Assembly: GCF_018350175.1 (NCBI RefSeq)
Contig: NC_058368.1
Span: 137,580,001-137,644,000 of the forward strand
Source: Felis catus
Lineage: Eukaryota
Length of the DNA stretch: 64,000 nucleotides
Direction of reading: 5' to 3'
Part shown: positions 11,725 through 24,680 of the stretch, one piece after another
How the letters are laid out: every line of letters begins with the position of its first letter
How positions within the stretch are numbered: position 1 is the first letter of the stretch
Translations under genes and position numbers: made by a program
The notes under the pieces: model-generated
The model's database searches: none
Seen by the model: only the letters and a program-made list of their open reading frames with translations
What the model was told of the DNA's origin: nothing

Positions 11725-12504
11725 CACCATCATTCAGCAAATATTTACTGAGCACCTACCATGGGCCAGCCAGGGACTCTGCCAGGCATAGGAGTCATGG
11801 CAGTAAGCAATTCAGGCATATCCCTGCTTTCATGGTGCTTATAGTCTAACAAGGCACACAAATCCTTAAAACAAATAAACACAGAATTGTGCTGTGAAGA
11901 GGGTGCTGATAAAGTAAAATTTTATTTTAAAGAAAAAAGATGTTAAGTTACTAGTGCTTCTCAGTTTAAATGGAATGAGCAAATCACCTAGGGGCAGATC
12001 TTCTTCATTCTGGAAGAATCTCCCAAGACCTCACTCAGCTATAAACCAAAAGGCCAGAAGGCACCCTCTGCCTGGGCGAAGGTGTCACAGAAACTTGGCT
12101 GTGTTGTAAAGGCTTCCACCTAATCCTTTGGAATGCAGAACCCTGAGGGCTCTGGGAAGAAGGTGAGCAAATGTGCACGAAGAACCAAGGAGACATTCTC
12201 TCCCACCACCAAGGACAGCTCTGCTGAGAGTAACCTCTGAAATGACTTGTAAAAACTATTTACCCTCTTGTTCATTTGCAAGTTGACAAGTAAAACAAAT
12301 AAAAAATAAACTAAAAAAATTAAGTTGACATTCAAAATTTCCATCGTAAATTTAAATAGAAAGAACCGGTATTTGTGGCATGTTATAAGTACTGACATTT
12401 AAAAACAAAACATATGTCATTTTTAAAGATGCCTAATGGAATAAAATACATCAGTGGTTTGACACTCACTGCTAAATGGCCATATTTTAAACTTCTGTAG
12501 CCAA

Positions 12505-12730
12505 GGGGTGCCTGGGTGGCTCAGTCGGTTAGGTCTGACTTTGGCTCAGTCAGTTAGGTCTGACTTTGGCTCAGGTCATGATCTCATGGTTCATAGGTTC
12601 AAGCCCCACATTAGACTCTGTGCTGACAGTTCAGATCCTGGAGGCTGTTTTGGATTCTGTGTCTCCCTCTCTCTCTGCCCCTCCCCTCCTCATGCTCTGT
12701 CTCTCTCAAAAATAAATAAACATTAAAAAA
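12505..12730 (+). mobile_element. CanSINE with internal 25-bp tandem duplication
   Basis: ggctcagtc(g/a)gttaggtctgacttt occurs twice, at 12518-12542 and 12543-12567. Confidence 0.9.
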
Positions 12731-13451
12731 ATTTTTTTTTTAAATTCTGCAGCCAAAGTGTGATACTGTGCTACTGAGGTCAAACTAAAACCAGGTCAGC
12801 TAGGATTCCAAGACCACAGAGCCTGGGAAGGGAGCTAAGGTCAGAAAGGCCACGGGCCAGGGGCTTCCACGGGTGCTACAATCCACACCTGGACCTCTGC
12901 TAATTAGCATAAAGGTCTGCAGTGAAAGTGGCACAAGGAATGCAGCGGCAGGCTTTTTCTGGTGGGTATTGGCGCCATCTAAGACATGTGGGTTGGCTAA
13001 CAGATTTTAAAGGTACTATCCCTTACCCTCATATGAACTCAGGGCAAGGTTAATTCATCCACTGGGAGGGCATCTGAGGCTCATCTCATCCCCTCACAGG
13101 CCAGTCAGCGGCCACTGATGTGACAAAGATGTCCGGTGGCCTGGTGCATCCTGAGTAGCACAGAGACCTGGCTCTGGAATGTCACGGGGCTGACTCCAGT
13201 CAAGTCAAGGTCATCAAGCTCAAGGAACAGAACAGCCGTATTAACTGCTTTGTGCCAGTTTGTTAATAAACGTTTAATAAGGGTCTGTATGTCCAGTAGA
13301 CCTGATGTGAGGGGTTTGAGACATTGGTGAGGTTGTGCGGGAGTAGCGAGCCTTCAGGTAATTCAGACATCTTTAGGAGGCTACTGAAAACAGTATGGGC
13401 GGTGTTATATGATTAAGCTGGTTTAGCTTAGTTCATGACATAACCATAATA

Positions 13452-13507
13452 TATTTTTTAAGTTTATTTACTATGAGAGAGAGAGAGAGAGTGAGAGTGG
13501 AAGGGGC

Positions 13508-13540
<33 letters not shown>

Positions 13541-14167
13541 AACCCAAGCAGGATCTCCAGTGTCAGCACAGAACCTGACGCAGGGATTGAACATGACCCG
13601 AGACGAAACCAAGAATCAGATGCTCAACTGACTGAGCTGCCCTGGGCACCCCAACCATAATCTATTTTTTAAAATTCGCCAGCTTTAAAAAAAAAATTCT
13701 TTTTTTTTTTTTGGTTCTTTTTTTTTTTTTTAATTTTTTTTTTTAACATTTATTTATTTTTGAGACAGAGAGAGACAGAGCATGAAGGGGGGAGGGGCAG
13801 AGAGAGAGAGAGAGACACAGAATCGGAAGCAGGCTCCAGGCTCCGAGCCATCAGCCCAGAGCCCGACACGGGGCACGAACCCACCGACCGCGAGATCGTG
13901 ACCTGAGCTGAAGTCGGCCGCTTAACTGACTGAGCCACCCAGGCGCCCCCCCCCCCAAAAAAATTTCTTTTTAATGTTTCTTTATTTTTGAGAGAGACAG
14001 AGCATAAGTGGGGGAGGGGCGGAGAGAGAGGGAGACACAATCCGAAGCAGCCTCCAGGTTCTGAGCTGTCAGCACGGAGCCCAATGCAGGGCTGGAACTC
14101 ACAGCCGTGGGATCATGGCCTGAGCCAAATTCAGACACTTAACCGAATGAGCCACCCAGGCAGCCCC
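13452..14167 (-). mobile_element. Cluster of three antisense CanSINEs (13452-13652, ~13738-13950, ~13968-14167)
   Basis: Three antisense SINE heads, each with a T-rich tail on the left. Confidence 0.9.
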
Positions 14168-14789
14168 AAAATTAGCCAGCTTTTTAAAAATGTTAATACA
14201 TTTTACATATTTTTATGTTAAAATTTTAAATCCATATACCTCCCCCCAGAGAATTTTATCCCTAGTGTAATATTTTTAGGCAAGAGCATTTATTAACCAT
14301 ATTGTTTCTCTGAGATACATATATTTTGCTTTGCAGGAAAATGTACACATATGTAACTGTTTTTCGTTTCCTATAACCGTAAGAATTAAAATGATTTTGG
14401 ATTGGACTATCAGCACAATTAGCACTAATTGATCAGATATGAATATATTAGAAATACGGGTAATCATTAAGTACACAAGCCAACTATTACTAGAAATAAT
14501 AGCTCTACCTTGAATCTGACAGAGTTTGGGGGAGGGAGCTGTGCTGCAAAAAAGTGTTGAGAGGGTGGTTCAGAGGAAAAGAATTTCAAGTATGTATAAA
14601 AAGGCCCCTTGTGACCCCAACGGACCATCGACTGGGAAAGGTGACAACATCCAGTCACGGCACCTGGGGTAAGATGGCCTGAACTCAGAGCCATCAGGAA
14701 GCCTCCTGCTTAGATCCATCTCAGCATTATCCTTGTCCAGGTTAACTGGGCACACTCAGAGAAAGTAGGACAGGGTCAACACCTTGGCA

Positions 14790-14957
14790 CAGGAAAAGCA
14801 AACTACAGCCCGCAGGACAAATATGGCTGCCTCCTATTTTTGCGTGGCTCATGAACTAAGCATGGTTTTTTTTAACCTTTTTTTTTTAGACCGAAAGAGA
14901 GCGTGAGCAGCAGAGAGGGATGGGGGGTTGGGAGGGAGGTTGGGAGGGAGAGAGGGA

Positions 14958-14997
<40 letters not shown>

Positions 14998-15365
14998 CTT
15001 AAGCAGACTCCATGTTCAGTGTGGAGCCTGACTCAGGGCTCAATTCCACGACTTTGGGATCATGACCTGAGCCAAAATCAAAAGTCAGATGCTCAACTGA
15101 CTGAGCCACCCAGGCACCCCTGACTTTTATGCTTTAAACTGTTGAAAAAAATTTTTAAAGAATACTTTGTGACACATGCAAATTGTGTGACATTCAAGTT
15201 TAGTGTCCATAAGTAAAGTTTTATGGGAACATAGTGACACTCATTTGTTTACATATTATCTGTGTCCAAGGCTGCCTTCCCGCTATGACAGTGGAGATGA
15301 GCAGGTGCAGTCGAGACCAAATGCCCTAAAGCCTAAACTACGTACTCTCTGGCTCTTTTACCGAC
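14790..15365 (+). mobile_element. MER58B-like hAT MITE interrupted by an antisense CanSINE (14878-15120)
   Basis: gcaaactacagcccgc... and ...aaagttttatgggaacatagtgacactcatttgtttacatattatctg. Confidence 0.7.
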
Positions 15366-15380
15366 TGTATTTTAAGCCTT

Positions 15381-16176
15381 TGAAGGGTAGCAGAATACGA
15401 CACCCCAAAATGTGGCACGTTGGCAAACCGTTTGAGCTGTAGGCACTTGAAAAAGAGCAAATGCAGAGAGCCTTCCTCTGACCCCCCCTTGTCTGCCTGA
15501 AGACAAGTTCTCCAAAAGGAACCCCATTGTCACAAATCTCCTCCCTGGGGGTCTCATCAACCAGGGAAGGTCAACTCTTGCCACAGGAAAGCAGGCTGGA
15601 AGGTGACACAGAAGCTGATACCACACCCAGGCTTTGTCACAAAATGTTACACCTTCCATCTCTTCTTCTAAGGACTCATTCATCTTTCCTAAAAGTCATT
15701 TGCTCTCCCCAAGAGGCTGCCATCAGGCATCTTGCTTCCCTATTAGGATGGTATTGAGCCTGATTCTAGATCACCTTGGGGAGTTACTCATTCTTCCGTA
15801 TCTCCCAGGTATACGTGGTGTTCATGTTAGTAAACTTCTGTTTGTCTCTGGTTAATTGGTCTCTTATTGAAAGTTTTCAGCTGAGGGGCACCTGGGTGGC
15901 GCAGTCGGTTAAGCGTCCGACTTCAGCCAGGTCACGATCTCGCGGTCCGGGAGTTCGAGCCCCGCGTCAGGCTCTGGGCTGATGGCTCAGGGCCTGGAGC
16001 CTGTTTCTGATTCTGTGTCTCCCTCTCTGTCTCTGCCCCTCCCCCGTTCATGCTCTGTCTCTCTCTGTCCCAAAAATAAATAAATAAACGTTGAAAAAAA
16101 AATTAAAAAAAAAAAAGAAAGTTTTCAGCTGAGAATTCAGAAGAGTAGAAGGAAAATTATCTTTCCTCTCCAATAC
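15381..16176 (+). mobile_element. ERV1-class solo LTR (MER34-like) interrupted by a SINE
   Basis: Starts tgaagggtagcagaatacgacaccccaaaatgtggcac and ends agaaggaaaattatctttcctctccaatac. Confidence 0.7.
15885..16116 (+). mobile_element. Young felid SINEC_Fc with TSD gaaagttttcagctga
   Basis: Near-consensus copy; TSD at 15869-15884 and 16117-16132. Confidence 0.95.
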
Positions 16177-19100
16177 GCTGGTGATGGATGAAGGTGGTTC
16201 TGACTTAGACCTTTGGCAACAAGTGTCGAGAGCCCTCACGGAAGAGGTCACTCTAGAGGGGAGCCTAGAATGGTGACTTGGGTTCGATGTCAGGGTGAAG
16301 TCACCGCGACAGGAGAACTGGCTTTGGCACAGCAGGAGGCTAAGACCTAAAGCTGCCTGACTGGGCCTAGAAGCCATTATGCTTTAAGAGGTAGGCCCTT
16401 GAGAGCAAATTAAAGAGGCTGTAACCCCGGGACCCTGAGCCAGGGGCATGGTAGGTGGGGCACACTCGGCCAAGGGTTGTTTGCCCTTGAAGAACCATGA
16501 TGGCCAGGCAGGGATCGTGACCATCAGCACCGCCACAGCAGAGGACAGGTCTCCCTGGGCTGTGGGCCACCTGCTTACACAGTCTTGCAGAAAGTGAAGC
16601 GAGTCTAGGAGCAAAATGGGGTTGGGTTGCTGAGGACCCTTCCGTTTGGGGACACTGATTTATGCAGATGGTGGCTGCTTCTGGGGCTGTGTCTCTCACC
16701 GGCAGCATGCGGCCACAGAGGTCCTGGCTTAGAAAGGTGCTGGCGGGAGGTGTGGGCTGAGGTGGATGGGCGTGGAGGCCTGGACATCCCCGGGGTCATT
16801 CACGGGAGGTTTAAGGTGCCCAGGATTGAGGCAGGATTTGAAGTGGGAGGGGCCTGAGCAGCAGGGGCCAAAACCTGAGCTGGGTGGTAGGAGGTCTGGG
16901 AGGTCCTAGGTGACAGCGACAAGAAGGGAGAGGGGGATACAGCGGTTTAAACAGCCAAGGGTGGGGGATGGGTGGGCTCAGAGGGATAATAAACTATGCT
17001 TGTGACAAGTGCCCTGAATGAAAAAATACCAGGTGCTCTGAAAATAACAAGGGGGGGGGGGTGTGGGGAGTCGGGGCTGATCTAGATTGGAGGGTCTATC
17101 TGGGGGAAACGGCATTTCACTGGCGAATTAAAAGATGAAAGGGAGTTTGCGAGCTTGCCCTTGAGTGACTCAAAAGTGACACGGAAAAAGAGCCACGGCT
17201 ACCTCCGGTGGGCGATGAAAAAGGATGCCGTGGGCCAAGCTTCAGGCTCACTTAGGAGAGGGAAGCAGCACGGGGCCTCGGATCCAGCCCTGCCGCTTCC
17301 CTGCAAGCTCAGGTCGGAGCTGCTCACCCCCTCTGCGCACACGTAAAATGGGGAACAACACTGCTTATGTCATTGGCTTGTCAGGAAGTGCGAATGAGTC
17401 AGGTGTGTGCGTCACCACAAACAGAGTCTGTTTTATGTGGGAGTTAGCGATTATTATTATTTAGGAGAAATCATTTCTTCGGGGATGGCATCCAAGCCTA
17501 AATTACAGCAGGTCTTTCTCTCTGTATTCATTTCATCCTTTCAATAAGCCTGTGAGATAGGTTAACAAGAAAAAAAAACCCCAAAGAGCAGTTTTCTTTT
17601 CCTTCTTTCTGGATCAACACCGCCTCAAGCCCTGGCCTTAACCTGCATTCTGCTGCTGTGACAAGGGGCCTTTTGTTAAAATCTGGGGCACTTAGGAGGT
17701 GGCTTCCTGCCAAACTGCCTTTTAATCTCTCAGATGCCCGGCTCTCAGGTGTTCAGGTTCTTACCGCTTCAGTTTTTAGGCCACAGTCGCTATGGGAGAA
17801 GCCAAGGGTTCGAGTGGGTGACTGGGAGGGACCACCGGGGACGCTGCACCCTGCCTCGGGGCTCCAGCTGGGGGCTGGGGTCCCCACAGATGCCACTTCC
17901 GCCATCGGGTGGCCCGCTCCCAGTCTGGGTGGAGCCATTCAGAGAGCCATCTCTACGTGTCTCAGACAAGCGTCCACACCTGATCCTGGCATCCACACCA
18001 GACCATACCATCCATCACCACGAACTGTGTGAATCAGGTTGGAAATATACCCAACCTTTCGTTTTCCTTTCCTTTTCTCATTTATTGTCGTATCTACTTC
18101 ACCTGGCCGTATTTTGGGGGCACTGTACGCTGAACTGACTCCTCTTTGGAATCATCGGGGGCAACCAGGAAGTGGAGGGTCAAAACCGAGGGTGTAGTGA
18201 TGGGCCCGAGATGCACAGGTGGATCCAGGAGAGGACGGCAGGGAGAACCCTGGACCCTGGCCACCGACGGGCTGGGGGAGCAGCCTGCATGGGTCCCCAC
18301 ATATCCCTCCGGGGACACCAACAGCGGCAAGGCCCCTTCCAGAAGCTTTGGTGGCTGGGGATGGTGGTGGAGCAGAGGCAGAACGACAGGGCAGACAACA
18401 CAGGGGGGCCATCTGGACAGGTCGTTTTTGAAATCATGTCATAAATACCTTTGAGGACCCCTAAAATAACTGGGAAATGTGCTATCGTTGAGTTAGCAGC
18501 GGCTCGGACCATTGCAATTGCGCGAGAGAAGTCGACACGATTCATTTTGCTCTGAGAGAGAGCGCTCCTGATCTCCGTCCTCATCCACCCCTTAACCTTC
18601 TCCATGGATTGGTCAGACCAGCCTTGTGAAAATTATGGGCCAGGAAGGAGGCACAGATGGAAGATGAGGTGACTAGCCAGAAATACATTGTTGGTGGCCG
18701 GTCACGTGCCAGAAATGTATTCTTCAAGACATCGTGAGGTAGGTGTGCTTATTCCCGTGTAAAAATAAGAACACTGGGGCACAGAAAAGTTGTTTGCCTG
18801 CCCAAGGTCACACAGCTACTAGATGGCAAAGCCGGGATCTAAACTGTGGTCCACTCACGCCCTTTTACATGCTGGAGAGAAACACTTTGTTCTTTGACAC
18901 CCAGTCAGCGCGAGGTGTTAGATGGAGGCAAGGCAAGGCGCCAGGAAATGGCCACATTTCCAGAAACTTCTTGCTGTCAGTGTGTTGGTCTGTCCTCCAG
19001 CCCGCTGCCCGCAGGCTGCCACCACCGTCGAAGTGCCCTCTCTCTCTGGCCAGTCGGAGGCCAAGACCGTTGCAAATCCTCACTCACTCTCTACGAAACG

Positions 19101-20144
19101 ACCCCTCGAGTTCCGGAGCCCTGGCTTCAGCTCGCCGCACTCCTGCCAAGCTGTTATCGCCAGTGAAAGTCAACAGAACCATTCCAGGCAATAAAATGAC
19201 TCTGCAAAAGATCAGTCTGCACTGGGGGTCAGCTAAGGGGCCAAATAAAAGCCCTCGGCTCAAGCCCGCCAAGTCAGTCCATCCTACCCAGGTATACCTG
19301 TCAGGCCTCTTCTAAGTCCCACACAGGGGCGCAGAGGAAGGAGATGCCCCGGGAGCCTCGGCCTCCCCCGACCGCGGCAGCTTGGCAGGGGCCGGCAGCT
19401 GTAGGACACCCATCTGGGTTCAGAGGTGTCGCCAGCTGTCCTGGGAGCACTCCCTGAAATACGGACCCGAGACCAAGCGCTCGAGAGAGAGCAAATTCCA
19501 TCAGAGTCCCGAGAAACGTCAGATATGGGAAAGAGAAAAGCATGCTTCAGGCTGCTGAGGTTAATTTGGGGCAGAAGAGAGAAACAAGAATGTGGCACAC
19601 TTGGCTGCTTCCCTGTCCTTCTGCACTCTTGTAAATCCCGAAACCGTGATACTGAGCTCCAGAAGCCATTTGGCACCGCTGGCCCCGCTCCAAGCTGTTT
19701 CTCAGCAGGGCAGTGCTCCAGGGAGTGTCAAGTGGCCTGGGGGGGGGGGGGGGGAGTGGAGGACACGGGTTCCGCAGGGCACTGCTCTGGGAACAGAGCA
19801 GCGAGCAGCGGACGTGGCCACACTGGCGGAAAGCGCTCCCTCCTGGCCACTCCGACTGCCGGCGGCCCCTGGGGACACTGGAACCCCGCACCGGTCAGCC
19901 CCAGACTGCCCACGGCTCCGTGCCTGCTCGGAGTCTTCAATCGCACTGATTGCTACCCGGCGGGTGTAGCCACGTATGCACTTGTGAGAGGGACCCAGCC
20001 CTCTTGATTTAATCCAACAGACCCGACAGAGCACAGGAAAGTTGCCTACTCAACGTCTCCACTCAGATGTCTCCTGGGCACCTCAAAGTTAACAGGCCCC
20101 AAAGCTTCCCTCTCAAACTGGTCCTGCCTTCATTCTTCCCATCC

Positions 20145-20364
20145 TTTCTTTTCTTTTCTTTTTTTGTTATGTCTATTTAGTGTTAAGAGAGACAGAGCAC
20201 GGGCAGGGTGGGGGCAGGGAGAGAGGGAGACACAGAATCTGAAAAGGCTCCAGGCTCTGAGCTGTCAGCACAGAGCCCGACGTGGGGCTCGAGCCCAGGA
20301 ACCATGAGATCGTGACCTGAACGGAAGTCGGGCACTCAACCGACTGAACGACCCAGGTGCCCCC
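20145..20364 (-). mobile_element. CanSINE
   Basis: Antisense SINE flanked by attcttccc(c)atc repeats. Confidence 0.9.
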
Positions 20365-21010
20365 ATTCTTCCCCATCTTGGGGCAATGCCAGAACCATCC
20401 TTCTGGTTCCCCAGGCCCAAAAGCTTAAAGTCAAAACCCACATCCAGTCCAAGGAAAACCCTGTTGACTTTCTCTTCCTGGCATATAGAGAGTCCAACTG
20501 CCTTATCACCTCCAAACACAAGCTACAGTCATTTATCTCCTGAGTTATTTTATTAGCCTCCTAAATGTCTCTCTTCTACCCTTCCTGAGTCTGAGGAGGA
20601 CCTCACGTGACTCTCACCTGGAAGCCACTGTTCCCTTAAAAAAAAAAAAAAGTCAGACTACGACACACTCTGCTAAAGAAGCTTCCAAAGACTTCTCATG
20701 TCACTCAGAGCACCACAAAGCTTTTCGCAATCTGGTGCATGTGCCCCCCCCCCACCCCTTCACCTCACACTTTTCCTCTCTGACTTCCTCTCCTATTCCT
20801 CATCCCCTTGCTTACCTCATCACCTTCTCCTCCCTCTTGTTCTTCCTCGAATATGCCTGCTTCTGCCTCAGGGCCTTTGCATCCGCTCTTTCCTTTGTCT
20901 GAAGTGTTTTTCCCACCTTTGCCAAAATATCACTATTGTTCCCTGTGATAGTTTTATAATATCACTATTATAAATAGTGATAAATAGTGATAAATATCAC
21001 TATTGCTCCC

Positions 21011-21535
21011 TGTGATAGTTTTATAATATGTTATAAATATGTTATAATTATAAATATTATGTTTATAATATGTTTCATAATATGTTCAAGAGGTAGAGAC
21101 TAATTTCCCTCCCTTTGACCCAACTCGAAGGAACAACGCAAAGCCAGGTGATGGTGTAGGACTTTAGAGACCACATCACGAAATGCACTGCGTCTTCCCC
21201 CTCCTTCGCTCTCTCTTGGATCATGCAGTCTAGGGGAAGTCAGCTTGCATGTCATGAAGACAATCAGGCAGCTCTCTGCAGAGGTCTACATGGTTGGAAA
21301 CTGAAGCCTCCTGCCCAGAGCCATGGGTGAGCCACCCTGGAGGCAGACCCACCAGCCCCAGTCACCTTCAGATGGCTTGACCGCAACCTGATGGGAGATC
21401 CCCAGCCAGAACCACCCTCCCCCATCTGTTCTGAGATTCCAGCCCCTCAGAAACAGTGAGAGGTAATAAATCTTTGTTGTTTTAAGCTTCTAAGTTTTGG
21501 GGTAATTTGTTAGGCAATAATAGATCATCACTATG
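21011..21535 (+). mobile_element. MaLR (MLT1-type) solo LTR
   Basis: tgtgatagttttataatatg...caagaggtagagactaatttccc; ccagccccagtcaccttcagatg; agaaacagtgagaggtaataaatctttgttgttttaagc...gcaataatagat. Confidence 0.8.
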
Positions 21536-23809
21536 CTCGCTTCCCCATTCCCTTCAAGTTTCTGCCACAGTGTCACCTTCTCAGAGACGCCTTTCTTAGC
21601 CACCCTGCTGAAAGTGGAATGTCCCCCGCCTCCTCCTGGGATTTCTTACTCCCCACAGCACTTACTGCCACCTAATACTCCGGATAGGGTACGTGTCTTT
21701 TTTTTTTTTTTTAATTGTCTTTCTCCTCCTTAGTAAAATAGAAATTCCAGGAGGGCAAAGGATTTTGTGTCTTGTTTATTGGTATGTGTTCAGTACTCAC
21801 TAAATATTTGCCGCATGAATGAATGAACCCATGCCATGTCTTCGCTGTCCAGATTCACTTCCTGAATGCAAGATCCATCCGTTTTTCATAGTTCATTCTG
21901 CACCTATTTTTCTAAGGAGTCTGTCTGGTCTTGTCTTTTTTCACTACCACACAAGCTGGAAAAGGCCACTTGGTTTTACACAGGCAGGAGGTGACCCAGC
22001 CTCTTTCCTGAAAGTAGGTCTGCTACGAAAACGAGCACCTTGGAGGCCGGTGGTCATGTCTTTCATACTTGAGTGCTGATCGGTTTCTAAGGATTTTAAG
22101 TTAGTCAAACAGGCTCCAAAAGACAAACAGTCCAAGCGGCAGATATATCCCAAGTGGAGGCTAATCTGATCGTCCTTGGTGCCAGTACATTCAAGTCCGT
22201 CATGTGTGGCCAGCCCGCAGTCATGTGGCACCGCGGGGGGGGGGGCAGCTGTGTCAACAGGGCCCTCGCAGGTCCGCACACGACGTGACCAGAGATTGAG
22301 TTTCAAATACAGGAGAAGGAAAGCATGAGCGGGGAAAGCAGATGGAAACCCCCTTGTACAAAAAAGAGCTGTGAGCAGGCCTGCATAGGGAGAGCACTTT
22401 CTGTATTCAGGGCCTGTGTTCTTAGAAAGCTCTGTGTCCACTGCTGTTGTGAAATCACCCCTGCCGGCTCTCTGCTTGTTAGCTAGGTGTACTTTGAGGC
22501 CTCTCTACCTTGGAAATATCCTGACACTTTGACCAGGATCCCCACCCGGGACACGGATTGCTGCAATGTCCTTGGGATACGGTGTCTATATTATGACACT
22601 GATAAAAAAAGCCATGTAATAAAAAGCCACATTCTGAGTTCATGGCACTGTGTGTCCTCTGGGTGACGGGTGTACCTAGGAGGAACAGCCAGAACATCTG
22701 GTTCAGGCCCCTGCTCCACACGAGCCAGCTGGGGAGGTCATTGTTTGCCCTTGGGTCTTGGTTTCCACAACTGAAAACGGACCGGTTTTTAGCCCCCCAT
22801 CCTCTTTGGCTCCAGCCTTCTCTGCGGCGCTGGAGACATACTAAACAAGTGGAGGCTGCAGGTAGAGTGGGTAACGCAGGGCCTGGCACAGAACAAGGGG
22901 TGGTGGTGTCATCAGTATTATGCATTGCTGTGACAATCAGTGATGTTCAGTCAGGGCAGAGATTCTCAGAGGCCAAGGCACTCCGGCTGGGAGAAAGGCG
23001 ACATCTGGCCACCGGGACAACTGTCCCCAGCAAGTCCCAACGCAGGAAGTGTCCAGTATGCCTCCCTCCCCAAGCCTCATGTCTCCGACCCAGGGGTCCC
23101 TCACTCAAAGCCCAGGGAAGCGCCCTTCCCGCTGCCTCCCTCTGTCCCCTGCTTCTCATGCCTTGAAATCAGCTAAGCAGAGTGAGACCTAGAGAACAAC
23201 TTGCCGTATTAGATATGCAGAGTGCTCACACTTTAAAAAGCTTAAAGCAATTGGCATTAACTCCAGACTGGGTTTCAGGCAAAGGGGACAGGAAGTGGGG
23301 AGAAGCGATGGAGCTGGGGAAAGTCCCCAGGGCTCCCCTCTGTACTTGGGCCGAGCCTTTGATTCACCTTCCACAGCGCCCTGACCTCTGGTGTGGAAAC
23401 TGGCGCGGTTGGGTCCCTGTCACGTGTCGTCGGGCAGGTTACAAATAGCATGGGGATTAGCAAACCCATCCCGAAAGGAAAGGACTGGTTCAAGGGCAGG
23501 GAAAGTTACCAGTTTAATTCCGGCCGACTATTAACAATCGAGAACCCGAAAGGGGGTTCTGTGGTAAGGCGGACTGAGCAGAAGCGTGAGGGCGGAAGGG
23601 ACAGGGCTGACCTGCCCAAGGCCTGCTTCAGTACTGGAGCTAGGAGCTCCTGCCTGGATGGCTCAGGTATGGAGGACCCTTGTCTCACATTCTAATAGAG
23701 CGCAAGTTTCAGGAACCTGGTGTCTCCATAACCCTTTTCTGGTCGGGGAGCTCCCAGCGAGGGACTTGCTCCAGGGACCCACCCCCTTCAAGGTCTCCGG
23801 AGGGACAGG

Positions 23810-24680
23810 AGTGGCACACGCCGCTGGGTAGACTAGCCCTAGACGGCGTCGTGGCCGAAAGCGCGGCCTCAGGAACGCAGGGCCCCGTCCTGCCTGGGCC
23901 ACCAGCACATCGGAGAGGGCAGCGGGCGAGTCCCCTTCCCGCGTCTCCACCCCTGCCCCAACTCTGGGCCCGGGACCCTGAAGGGAATCGGCTCCCTTCC
24001 TGCTGCCTGGATCTCGCAGCGCGCAGTTCGGACAGCCGGGAGGAGAACCTCAACTCGCCGCCCCCTACCTCCCACGGCTGTGGGCCAGCGAAGTGGCGGG
24101 GGTGCCCATTTTTCCTGGATTCCTTGCGCGCACGGTCACGGGCGTAGAAGCGGCCAGATCTGCCCGCCCCGGGCTCCAAGGCCGTCCCCCGTCCTCCACT
24201 GCCGCGCCGGGCGCGTCTCCGGCCCCGAAGGGCAGCACCCGGCGGCGGCCAGCTCCCGCCAGTCGGCCCTGCCCCGCCGCGCCCCCTCTGGCACCGCCTC
24301 CTTCTGTAAATACAGTGGCGGCCCGCCCTCCGCGCCCGGACGCGCAGGTGGGAGCGTGCGGTGCCGGCCGCCACAGGGAGGCCGCGCCCAGCCGGGTGCC
24401 CACGGCCAGCGCCGCCTTCCAGAGCGCGTTCCCCCAGGCCCGGGCCAGGCTCCCGGGACGCGCGCCCCGGCGCAGGCAGCGCGCACGCCCGACGAAGCTT
24501 CAGGTAAGCGGCTCGGGTCCCCGCGCTTCTCCGCACTCCCGCGCGGGGTCTGGCGCTGCGCTTTTGGGACCAAGTCTTGGGGCGAGATGCGGCGCCAGCG
24601 CCGGAGATCCCGAGCTAAACCCGCAAGGGTGGGAGCCACAGGCGGAACCGCTCGGGGCTGCTGTTGCGCTTCGGCTCCTT
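23810..24680 (+). promoter_or_regulatory. TMEM171: CpG-island promoter of TMEM171
   Basis: Very GC- and CpG-dense; several GC boxes (cccgccc); a forkhead-type TGTAAATA at 24305-24312; splice donor at 24504. Confidence 0.88.
24320..24503 (+). other. TMEM171: Putative non-coding exon 1 of TMEM171 (5' boundary approximate)
   Basis: Strong donor CAG|GTAAGC at 24503/24504 inside the CpG island; the next acceptor (tttcag|AG) is at 26637, upstream of the ATG. Confidence 0.7.

Noticed and set aside
18180..18605. Minus-strand 141-aa ORF with a protein-like N-terminus (MEKVKGWMRTEIRS...)
   Set aside because: I recognise no family, promoter or splice support; a BLASTP/PhyloCSF check would be needed before calling it
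24281..24294. CTCF-like cgccccctctggca in the promoter
   Set aside because: The spacing does not fit the CTCF core; several mismatches in the 5' half
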